From the IMG/VR virus record IMGVR_UViG_3300036846_000898, positions 1 to 34,435 of that record: a DNA stretch of 34,435 nucleotides. One strand, written 5' to 3'. Positions 17,463 through 24,145 of this stretch are shown piece after piece (position 1 is the first letter of the stretch; each line of letters begins with the position of its first letter). Origin of the DNA: a virus (Duplodnaviria; Caudoviricetes). The translations under genes were made by a program, and so were the position numbers. Below the pieces are notes generated by a model, which was given only the letters and a program-made list of their open reading frames with translations, had not been told where the DNA came from and ran no database searches.

Positions 17463-17672
17463 CTACCCGCCGGTCACTATGCCATGGGCGCTTGGCGTCA
17501 TGCACGTGTCAGACCCGCGGCTGCGCTGACCTGCCCGTTTGCGCTCGACACGTTCGAGCACGGACAGCAATCGTGCGCCGAGCGCCCGGTCGATGTGGTG
17601 CCAGTCGCCGCCGCAGGTCGCGGCGCGGGCGTCACGCCAGCGCGGCCAGTTCGCTTCGAACTCGGCGCGCAT
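17463..17672 (-). CDS. Small hypothetical protein
   Basis: MRAEFEANWPRWRDAR...; ATG lies just downstream of the terminator. Confidence 0.4.
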   Translation of the reverse strand: MRAEFEANWPRWRDARAATCGGDWHHIDRALGARLLSVLERVERKRAGQRSRGSDTCMTPSAHGIVTGG

Positions 17673-17684
17673 GGCCTCAGACAG

Positions 17685-17730
17685 AAAAGGCCCCGAGGCG
17701 TTCACGTCGTCGAACGTGCGCCTCGGGGCC
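17685..17730 (-). terminator. Intrinsic terminator downstream of the integrase
   Basis: GGCCCCGAGGCG...CGCCTCGGGGCC 12-bp stem followed by TTTT on the minus strand. Confidence 0.75.
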
Positions 17731-17771
17731 CTGTGACTTCAAGCCGGTTCTCCTGTGGATGACGTTGTGGA

Positions 17772-19301
17772 TCACTCCATCGGCCGACGCCACACGATGT
17801 CCACTCGTGCGAGCGGGTGTGGATCGTGGCCGCGTGTGCGCTCGCCCTCGGGGCGGGCGCTGATGTCGACGCGCTCGATGAACGCACGCAGCACCGCGTT
17901 GCGGTCGTCGTCGTCCATCTCGTCCCATGCGGCGATGATGCGCTCACCCTCGCCGATGAGTCGACGCTGCTCGCTCACGACGTCAACGTCGTGGGCTTGG
18001 GCGTCCAGCTCGTGCAACAAGGCGACGTGCTTGGTCTCCTCGGCGTCGTACTGGTCGTCGGTGATGCGCCCGTCCCCGGCGAGATAGCTCGTCGTGAACT
18101 TGGCGAACCGTTTCACCGCGTCCTCACGGCGGGCTCGGACATCGTTGCGACGCCGCCTGCGGTAGTCGGGTGCGCCAGGCACCCGTTGCCCGCTGAGCAC
18201 ACGGTGCACGACTTCCACGATGGCCGGTTCCACGACGATGTCGCGGATGGCCGTTGTGGCGCAGACGTGCATGTTCGCCGCGGTCTTCTTGCACTTCCAG
18301 TAACGGTACGGACCCTTGGGTCGATGATGTCCCTGGGCGTGCACGACCAATCGTGCGTGGCACTCGCCGCAATACATCAGGCCGCTCACGAGCGTGCGTG
18401 GTCCCGGCGTGGCGTCGGGGCCCCGTCGTGCTGCGTTGACCTTGGCGACGAGTCGGTCGTAGGTCTTGCGGTCGAGGATCGGCTGCCACGCCGCCTTGGC
18501 GTCGGGCTCTCCGGAGTACCGGAGGATGCCCGCGTTGCGCGGGTTGAGCAGCACGCTCTTCACGCTCGTGACGTGCCACGCACGACCGCCACGCGGGAGC
18601 GTGAGCCCTCGCGTGTTCCAATCGCGTGCGACCTCGGACCACGACCAGCCGTCGAGCACGTGCTCGGCGGCGGCACGAATCTCGGCTGCCTCTTGGGGAT
18701 GCTGAGTCATGCCGTCCTCGCGGTCGTGACCGTGACGCTTGCCCAGCCATCCGAACGCACACACACCCACGCCGACGTGCCCCTGCTTGCGCAGGTCGCC
18801 GTTGGATCGGGTGCGCCGTTCGCTCGTCGAGTCGGATTCGCCGGCCGATTGCATCGTGAGCATGCGGGCCGACTGCTTGCCGAACGACGTTGCCAGGTCG
18901 AGCAACATGCCGCCACTGGCGACGACGTACAACGCGCCGTGCCGTTTCGCGGTGCGAAACAGACGAGCGAGGTCGTAGTCGTCACGGACGAGCCGCGACC
19001 ACTCGGACACGAGGACGACGCCGACCTCGCCACGGTCGAGGAGGTCGAACAGGTGCTCGAACCCCTCGCGGTCGCGGCGGCGGTGCATGGACGCCGACCG
19101 GTCGTTGTCTTTGATGGTCGGGTGCGTGACGTTGTATGCGCCGAAGGCGGTGGTGATCCGCTCCTGCCGGTCGACGTTGTCGGTGTCGGCAGGGTCGGCG
19201 TCGCTGAGACGCGCGTAGCGAATGGCAGGGATCTCGTGCAACGAGAACCCTCGCCACGTGTGCAGGCTGCGCCCGGTGTCCCGGCTACGCTGGCCGTTCA
19301 C
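17772..19301 (-). CDS. int: Large serine recombinase (phage integrase); about 509 aa from GTG 19301, or 534 aa from ATG 19376
   Basis: 'AIRYARLS' catalytic Ser, 'DNDRSAS', 'SRLVRD', recombinase domain 'LLNPRNAG', Zn ribbon 'CGECHARL...YWKC...C', coiled coil. Confidence 0.94.
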   Translation of the reverse strand: MNGQRSRDTGRSLHTWRGFSLHEIPAIRYARLSDADPADTDNVDRQERITTAFGAYNVTHPTIKDNDRSASMHRRRDREGFEHLFDLLDRGEVGVVLVSEWSRLVRDDYDLARLFRTAKRHGALYVVASGGMLLDLATSFGKQSARMLTMQSAGESDSTSERRTRSNGDLRKQGHVGVGVCAFGWLGKRHGHDREDGMTQHPQEAAEIRAAAEHVLDGWSWSEVARDWNTRGLTLPRGGRAWHVTSVKSVLLNPRNAGILRYSGEPDAKAAWQPILDRKTYDRLVAKVNAARRGPDATPGPRTLVSGLMYCGECHARLVVHAQGHHRPKGPYRYWKCKKTAANMHVCATTAIRDIVVEPAIVEVVHRVLSGQRVPGAPDYRRRRRNDVRARREDAVKRFAKFTTSYLAGDGRITDDQYDAEETKHVALLHELDAQAHDVDVVSEQRRLIGEGERIIAAWDEMDDDDRNAVLRAFIERVDISARPEGERTRGHDPHPLARVDIVWRRPME

Positions 19302-19332
19302 GGTCCCTCCTTGCGGAGGCATACGTGTGTGG

Positions 19333-19362
19333 GAGGGCCCCTCGGTACGCCGAGGGGCCCTC
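19333..19362. promoter_or_regulatory. Perfect 13-bp hairpin between the two possible integrase starts
   Basis: GAGGGCCCCTCGG-TACG-CCGAGGGGCCCTC. Confidence 0.6.
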
Positions 19363-19428
19363 GTGGTTTTCGCCATCGGTTCTCTCCTGGTTGGTTGTAC
19401 GTGTGTGGGCTCCTGAGCGGAGCGGGCA

Positions 19429-19458
19429 CGCCACCCGATCCGTGTGGACCGGGTGGCG
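19429..19458 (-). terminator. GC-rich stem-loop just after the stop of the 228-aa gene (possible terminator or processing site)
   Basis: CGCCACCCG...CGGGTGGCG; no U-tract. Confidence 0.4.
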
Positions 19459-19469
19459 ACCCTGTGCGC

Positions 19470-20156
19470 TCAGGCGGCGTCGACGTTGGTGACGTCGATG
19501 TAATGAAGTTCCGCGTCGCCGCTCCACGATTCGGTGATGATCTCGTCGAACGAGCGGTCGCTCGGCTGGTCATCGTCGTCGAGTTCGACGGTGAACGAGA
19601 TCGTGGCGGTCACGTCCCAGCGACGCGGCGGCATGTCGAGTCCGAGCTCTTCGAGGAATTCGCGCTTGCCGGAACGGCACCCGTGTTCCCACTCGGCAGT
19701 CGTCTCGGCCACGCGGTCCCTGAAGTTCGACAACGCGTGCTCGGCATTGCGCCGTTCGGCGTGTGCCACTTCGAGCGCGGTGCGCAGCTCGTCTTTGATG
19801 ACGAGGCTCCGCTGTAGCTCGGCCTCGACATCAGCGAGCTTGCCGACGACACAGCCGTCGGCGTGTGCGCCGTTCACGCGGCCACACAGCGGGCACGTCG
19901 TGAACGATTGCGAGCACCAGCCCATCACCGAAGTCGGGTCGGTCGTCGTGACGCAGCAGGCGGTACACGCGAGCACGTCATCGTCAACCGGTCCGAGCTT
20001 CTCGGCGAGCACGCCGTCGTATCGCACGGCGACCCATTCGTGAGCTGGCTCGGCCACCACGTCGGCGGCCTCGCTTCGAATCTGCGCCTCGGGGATCGGG
20101 GTGGTGCCGTCAGTCGGCACGATTCCGGGACCGAGGTCGAGGTTCGTTTCAGTCAT
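19470..20156 (-). CDS. Hypothetical protein (228 aa): Cys-rich region, coiled coil and acidic C-terminus
   Basis: Strong RBS CAGGAGAG; 'GCRSGKREFLEELGL...VTATISFTV'. Confidence 0.8.
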   Translation of the reverse strand: MTETNLDLGPGIVPTDGTTPIPEAQIRSEAADVVAEPAHEWVAVRYDGVLAEKLGPVDDDVLACTACCVTTTDPTSVMGWCSQSFTTCPLCGRVNGAHADGCVVGKLADVEAELQRSLVIKDELRTALEVAHAERRNAEHALSNFRDRVAETTAEWEHGCRSGKREFLEELGLDMPPRRWDVTATISFTVELDDDDQPSDRSFDEIITESWSGDAELHYIDVTNVDAA

Positions 20157-20250
20157 TGGTTCTCTCCTGGTTGGTTGCATTACGTGTGTGGTTGACGTCT
20201 GAGACGTCGCGATGCGCAGCGAGTTGGAACCCGCTGCGCACCGCGCTCAC

Positions 20251-20574
20251 TCAGTCGTAGGTCGCCCATCTCGGGCGAGTGTTCGGGCGACGAGGGACGA
20301 ACGTCCGCTGGTCGAGGTCGAGGTCGCACGCGTTGAACTGCACGAGGCGAACGAGCGACCGCTTGACGACGGACCCCGCGACGCCGAGCTGGCGAGCCAG
20401 CGGGGCGACGGCGAGCACGTACGTGCCCTCGGGACGGTCGAGCATCGACAGCCACAGCAACGTGGACGTGGGCCCGAGCATGGCGAGGGTGCCGTCATCG
20501 ACAACCTCGCGCAGGCTCGGACACGCCACATGCGCCATGCGGCGGACGACGATCTCGTCGGACGAGATGGTCAT
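20251..20574 (-). CDS. Winged-helix-like protein (107 aa)
   Basis: 'LGPTSTLLWL...LARQLGV...VKRSLVRLVQF'; ATGA overlap. Confidence 0.68.
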   Translation of the reverse strand: MTISSDEIVVRRMAHVACPSLREVVDDGTLAMLGPTSTLLWLSMLDRPEGTYVLAVAPLARQLGVAGSVVKRSLVRLVQFNACDLDLDQRTFVPRRPNTRPRWATYD

Positions 20575-20714
20575 GCGACCTCCATCCCCGCGTGCAATCC
20601 GCACTCCGCGTGCACGATGAGCGAGGGCCCCTCGTGCTGCGGGTCGTACATCTCGGCACGTTCGTCGGCGGGCTTGAACTGCTCGCCGCACAGCTCGCAA
20701 CGGCGGCGCGTCAT
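20571..20714 (-). CDS. 47-aa Zn-finger microprotein
   Basis: MTRRRCELCGEQF...IVHAECG; ATGA-coupled on both sides. Confidence 0.68.
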   Translation of the reverse strand: MTRRRCELCGEQFKPADERAEMYDPQHEGPSLIVHAECGLHAGMEVA

Positions 20715-21076
20715 TGGACATCGCCCTCGTTGAGTAACTGCGGCGGGTTGTTCTCGTTGATGAGCGAGAACGTTTCGCCGAGTCGCTGGTATTGGTGTCC
20801 GTTGTCGCACGCCCACGATTGCCCGATACCGGGCGCGCCGTAGTCGGCGACGTAGTGCAGCAAGCTGCTGCACACGTCACAGGCACGCACGTACTCGAAA
20901 CGGTCTTCGCGCGGCACCAGGCCGAGCGACGAGCCGTCGTCCCACTTGACGTGGACGGTGCCCATGTCGTCGACAAGGCGAACGGTCCCGAGCGTGCCGG
21001 GTTCCAGCCGCGTGTACGGGTCGGACGTCGAGATGAGTCGCACGCGCCGACCGACGCGTGAATCTCGGTGTGTCAT
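20711..21076 (-). CDS. DUF4314-domain protein with C-terminal Zn ribbon (121 aa)
   Basis: 'GRRVRLISTSDPY..L.PGT.GTV..VDDMGTVHVKWDDGSSLGLVP.ED'; RBS AAGGAG. Confidence 0.85.
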   Translation of the reverse strand: MTHRDSRVGRRVRLISTSDPYTRLEPGTLGTVRLVDDMGTVHVKWDDGSSLGLVPREDRFEYVRACDVCSSLLHYVADYGAPGIGQSWACDNGHQYQRLGETFSLINENNPPQLLNEGDVQ

Positions 21077-21132
21077 GGTTTTCTCCTTGGTTGCATTACG
21101 TGTGTGTGGTTGCTGCTCATGCGCAGCCCGCG

Positions 21133-21395
21133 CGGCCATCGACTCAAGCTGGGGCGCCGTCGTCGTCGATGGCCGACGGTGTGCGCACGTCATGCCAACA
21201 GGAGAACCGGATCGAATGTCACAAGTCGGTTGCGCAACGTGCGGCGAGGTGGTCGTCCGTGTCGCGGCTTCGTGTTCACCCTCAAGCCGAGGCCGTCGTC
21301 AGGCGAGCACGGCGTGTCACCCTCAAGCCGAGGCCGTCGTCGGGCGACACGTCGATGGGTGCACCCTCAAGCCGAGGCCGTCGTCAGGCGAACCC
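21133..21395 (-). ncRNA. Array of four kink-turn-like hairpins in the 5' leader of the DUF4314-integrase operon
   Basis: Hairpins at 21133-21175, 21271-21311, 21313-21351 and 21357-21395 share the loop GAC-GA-C-GGC-(N4-6)-GCU-U-GA, closed by different but complementary stems. Confidence 0.7.
21277..21391. repeat. Three 30-bp direct repeats CACCCTCAAGCCGAGGCCGTCGTC(A/G)GGCGA
   Basis: Copies at 21277, 21318 and 21362 (periods 41 and 44 bp); a degenerate copy at 21143-21164. Confidence 0.95.
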
Positions 21396-21423
21396 GTGAG
21401 CGTATGTATGCGCTCACCACGTC

Positions 21424-21474
21424 ATGCTATGCCCTACACGCATACGAACCTTTGTTCGTCCGAACCAGTGTTCG
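21424..21474 (-). promoter_or_regulatory. Putative SOS-inducible leftward promoter: -10 TAGCAT with two tandem LexA boxes
   Basis: CGAAC-CTTT-GTTCG (21445-21458) and CGAAC-CAGT-GTTCG (21461-21474) both match the Gram-positive/actinobacterial SOS box; TANNNT at 21429-21424. Confidence 0.75.
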
Positions 21475-21552
21475 TGTTGTCGGATGTGTAGAGCTTCCCG
21501 AGGCCACGAGGAACACACATACACGCCAGGCACGGCAGGTGCGCCCCTGCCT

Positions 21553-21584
21553 GCGCACGTCGTCTGGGGCGTCACGACGTGCGC
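21553..21584. other. 11-bp inverted repeat in the intergenic region
   Basis: GCGCACGTCGT...ACGACGTGCGC. Confidence 0.45.
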
Positions 21585-21808
21585 AACGTGTCGAGGCGAC
21601 GTGTCACGGGGGCCCTGGGGGTGCCTCCCGTCACCCCGTCACCCATGCGCCTGACGCATGATGGCGCACGTCGTCGGGCGTGTCACATCGGGCGACGATG
21701 ATGGCGGCGTTCCCGAGCTATGACGACCTGTACCCCGACGGCGACGACGGCACGGCGGCCGCGCAGGCATCGCCGTCTAAGCGGTCAACGCATGGCAGCA
21801 TGGGCGAC

Positions 21809-22153
21809 ATGCCGATGCTGTCCTTCCGCCAGATGTACGTCGCACCCATCATGCGCGGCGAGAAGCGAGCAACGATCCGGCGGGCGTCGAACCGGCTGCC
21901 CCGTCAGGGCGACGATGTCGTGCTCACGGTCGGGCCCCGGCCGCCGTTCGCCCACGCCACGGTGCGCCGGGTCGAGCGGTTCACCCTCGACGATTGCGAA
22001 CGGTGGTTCGCCGTCGACGGGCACCCCAACGCCGAGGTCATGCGGCGAGCCATCGTCGACCTGTACGGCGAGGACGCCGAGCTGGTCGTGATCGAGTTCG
22101 CGCTCAGGCGTCCACCCCGGACACCCCGTCGAGCAAGCACCGCGCGTCGCTGA
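21809..22153 (+). CDS. ASCH-domain protein, YqfB-like (possible acyl-nucleoside amidohydrolase or RNA-binding protein)
   Basis: 'LSF...Y...I.RGEKRATIR', 'GD', 'AVDG', 'DLY......VIEF' ASCH motifs. Upstream in-frame starts exist; ATG 21809 follows TGG-CAGCAT by 7 nt. Confidence 0.85.
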   Translation: MPMLSFRQMYVAPIMRGEKRATIRRASNRLPRQGDDVVLTVGPRPPFAHATVRRVERFTLDDCERWFAVDGHPNAEVMRRAIVDLYGEDAELVVIEFALRRPPRTPRRASTARR

Positions 22154-23255
22154 GCTTCATGCGATCGCCGACGTAGCGGAACGTCGCGTTCGGGCGGGCG
22201 CCCTGGTGCCAATCGGTGGGCAGCGACGAGCGGGGCCCACGGATGACGCTGCCGACCTTGGGGGCGATCTCCAGCGCCCACGTGGGTGATCGGTCGAACG
22301 AGCGGATCAGCGCCGGGTGCGCCGGGTACGTGCGCATGTTGCACACCTTGGCGGCGTAGGCCGAGGCAACGCGGTCGACGAGCGCGAACGCCAGGCCGAG
22401 CCCCTGCCAGTCGGGGAGCGTGACGAGGCGGCTGACCCCGTAGTTGCGGGTGGCGAAGCGCGACGGGCGCGGCAGCACCCCGGCGCAGGCGGCCGGTTCG
22501 CCCTCGGCGTACAGCACATAGAGGCGGGCGCTCGGGTGGAGCTTGGCCGTCAGATAGTGAAACGGAGCGAACAACCGCCAGAGCGCGTAGGGCGCTCGCT
22601 CGATTCGGCACGCGATGTCGGGGCGTCGATGAAGAGACCTCCAGGTGAAGGCGTCGCCGATCGGCCCCTCGCCGCGCGCCTTGGCGGGCTCGAACACCCA
22701 ATCCGGCTGGAGCCAGTCGATCACGTCGTAGTGGCAGGTCGCGGCGACGAAGCGCCGGTCGGCCCTTCGCACATGCTTGGCGACGGCGTGGGCTCCGATC
22801 TTGGCGACCTGGCGATCGACGACCGAGGTGAACTCGTCCATGACGATCTGCTCGGTCGGCGAGATGAGTCGTCGCGCCAGCTCGACACGGAAGCGCTCGC
22901 CGTTCGACAGGTGCTCGTACGGGCGCAGCCACGCCGGAATGGTGTTGAAGCCGACCGCGCTGCACACCGCGACGATGGCCTCGAGGTCGACGTCGGCCGG
23001 GAAGTCGTCGATGACCGAGGGCGCGGACCATTCGACGGCGGGCGGGTCGCCGAAGCACGAGCGGAGCACGGTCGTCTTGCCTGCGCCCGAGGGCCCGACG
23101 ATGAGGCCCACGTTCCATTCGCGGGTGTCGAGCGGCAGGTCGGCCGACCAGTGGATGGCCTGGCGCTCAGCGGCGGGCACGTCGTAGGCGGCGCTCACCT
23201 GCTCGGCGCGGATGGTGGACGACGGCGCGCACGAGACGGTGACATCGACCTTCAC
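22104..23255 (-). CDS. ABC-type ATPase fused to a GNAT acetyltransferase (putative nucleic-acid modification enzyme)
   Basis: Walker A 'GPSGAGKTT', signature 'LSNGE', Walker B 'VMDEFTS', H-loop 'ATCH', GNAT 'FAPFHYL...SRLVTLPDWQGLGL'; no TM partner. Confidence 0.9.
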   Translation of the reverse strand: MKVDVTVSCAPSSTIRAEQVSAAYDVPAAERQAIHWSADLPLDTREWNVGLIVGPSGAGKTTVLRSCFGDPPAVEWSAPSVIDDFPADVDLEAIVAVCSAVGFNTIPAWLRPYEHLSNGERFRVELARRLISPTEQIVMDEFTSVVDRQVAKIGAHAVAKHVRRADRRFVAATCHYDVIDWLQPDWVFEPAKARGEGPIGDAFTWRSLHRRPDIACRIERAPYALWRLFAPFHYLTAKLHPSARLYVLYAEGEPAACAGVLPRPSRFATRNYGVSRLVTLPDWQGLGLAFALVDRVASAYAAKVCNMRTYPAHPALIRSFDRSPTWALEIAPKVGSVIRGPRSSLPTDWHQGARPNATFRYVGDRMKLSDARCLLDGVSGVDA

Positions 23256-23842
23256 TGAGCGACCGCCCGTGCTCGCAGCCCCTCGCTGCGTAGCCGTTCG
23301 AGCAACGTGCCCTGATGCTCGGCGTCGTCACAGTCGATGACGACGCGGTAGGTGTAGTCGATCTCCAACTGCGGCGACGCGTCGAAGCGGGTCGGCTTGT
23401 GGCCGAGCGCCGCGTGCAGCGCATCCATCGACCAACCGGTCCCGCCGAGGGCGTCACGCTCGTCCCAGGCCGGGAGCAGGTCGGCGAGCATGTCGAGGTC
23501 CCATCCGCCGGCCTCGACGAGTCGGTTCGACGCGAGCAGGTATCCGTCGGCCTCGTCGTCGTCGGTGCTCGACCAGCCCCGCAGCACCGGCACCCGCCAT
23601 GCGTCGTCGTCGTCGACCTCGACGCCATCGGGTGGCGGCTCGCCAGCGGCCCGACGACGGCGCAGCGCATCGACCCGGCCGTGGCCGACGACGAGGCGAC
23701 CGGTGCGCTCGTCGAGGATGATCGGCTCCACGTAGCCGAACCGGCGAAACGATTCGTCGAGCAGCGGCAGGTCATGGCGCTTGGGATTGTGCTCGGCCGG
23801 TTGCAGCTCGTCGAGCGCCAGATACTCCAAGGTGCGCGTCAT
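23252..23842 (-). CDS. ParB/Srx-like N-terminal domain protein
   Basis: 'NPKRHD...SFRRFGYVEPII......VVGHGR...ASNRL...GGWD'; GTGA-coupled to the ABC-GNAT gene. Confidence 0.88.
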   Translation of the reverse strand: MTRTLEYLALDELQPAEHNPKRHDLPLLDESFRRFGYVEPIILDERTGRLVVGHGRVDALRRRRAAGEPPPDGVEVDDDDAWRVPVLRGWSSTDDDEADGYLLASNRLVEAGGWDLDMLADLLPAWDERDALGGTGWSMDALHAALGHKPTRFDASPQLEIDYTYRVVIDCDDAEHQGTLLERLRSEGLRARAVAQ

Positions 23843-23889
23843 CGCCCGCGACGGTACAACGGAGGGGCATCACCCGATGGGGAGGACAC

Positions 23890-24141
23890 ATGGCGCTCAG
23901 CACCAAGCAACGGAACGCTCTGCCTCGCTCGGCGTTCGCGATCCCGTCACGGCGCGCCTACCCGATGCCGACCAAGGCGCAGGCCCGCGCCGCAGGCATC
24001 TCGGAGGCGCAACGCCTGCGCACGCACCGCAACGCGCTGAGTCGTGGCGCGCAGAAGGCCACGGCCGGGAGCTACTCGAAGATGGCGAAGGTCGCTCGCA
24101 CTCGCACCGGCGGCAAGCTCGGTACGGGTCGCAGCCGCTAG
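23890..24141 (+). CDS. Small basic protein, DUF6582-like
   Basis: RBS GGAGG; 'LSTKQRNALPRSAFAIPSRRAYP...RNALSR'. Confidence 0.75.
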   Translation: MALSTKQRNALPRSAFAIPSRRAYPMPTKAQARAAGISEAQRLRTHRNALSRGAQKATAGSYSKMAKVARTRTGGKLGTGRSR

Positions 24142-24145
24142 CCGA

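Noticed and set aside
20571-20714. Assigning the 47-aa Zn-finger as the recombination directionality factor
   Set aside because: Plausible from context only; serine-integrase RDFs have no recognisable shared motif, so it is left as a hypothesis.
21277-21391. Mini CRISPR array (three 30-bp repeats)
   Set aside because: The spacers are only 11 and 14 bp and form the stems of the neighbouring hairpins, and there are no cas genes. A structured-RNA array explains the pattern better.
20946-21661. ORFs spanning the repeat region (20946-21491, 21058-21399, 21068-21661, 21424-21654)
   Set aside because: The repeat is read in different frames within each ORF, the products are low-complexity, and the region holds LexA boxes and hairpins, so it is treated as non-coding.
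22104-23255. ABC transporter
   Set aside because: There is no permease or substrate-binding gene; the ATPase is fused to a GNAT and coupled to ParB.
23252-23842. ParABS plasmid-prophage partitioning system
   Set aside because: There is no ParA, no HTH/parS-binding region and no parS array, and the phage has an integrase. This ParB-N type accompanies modification enzymes.
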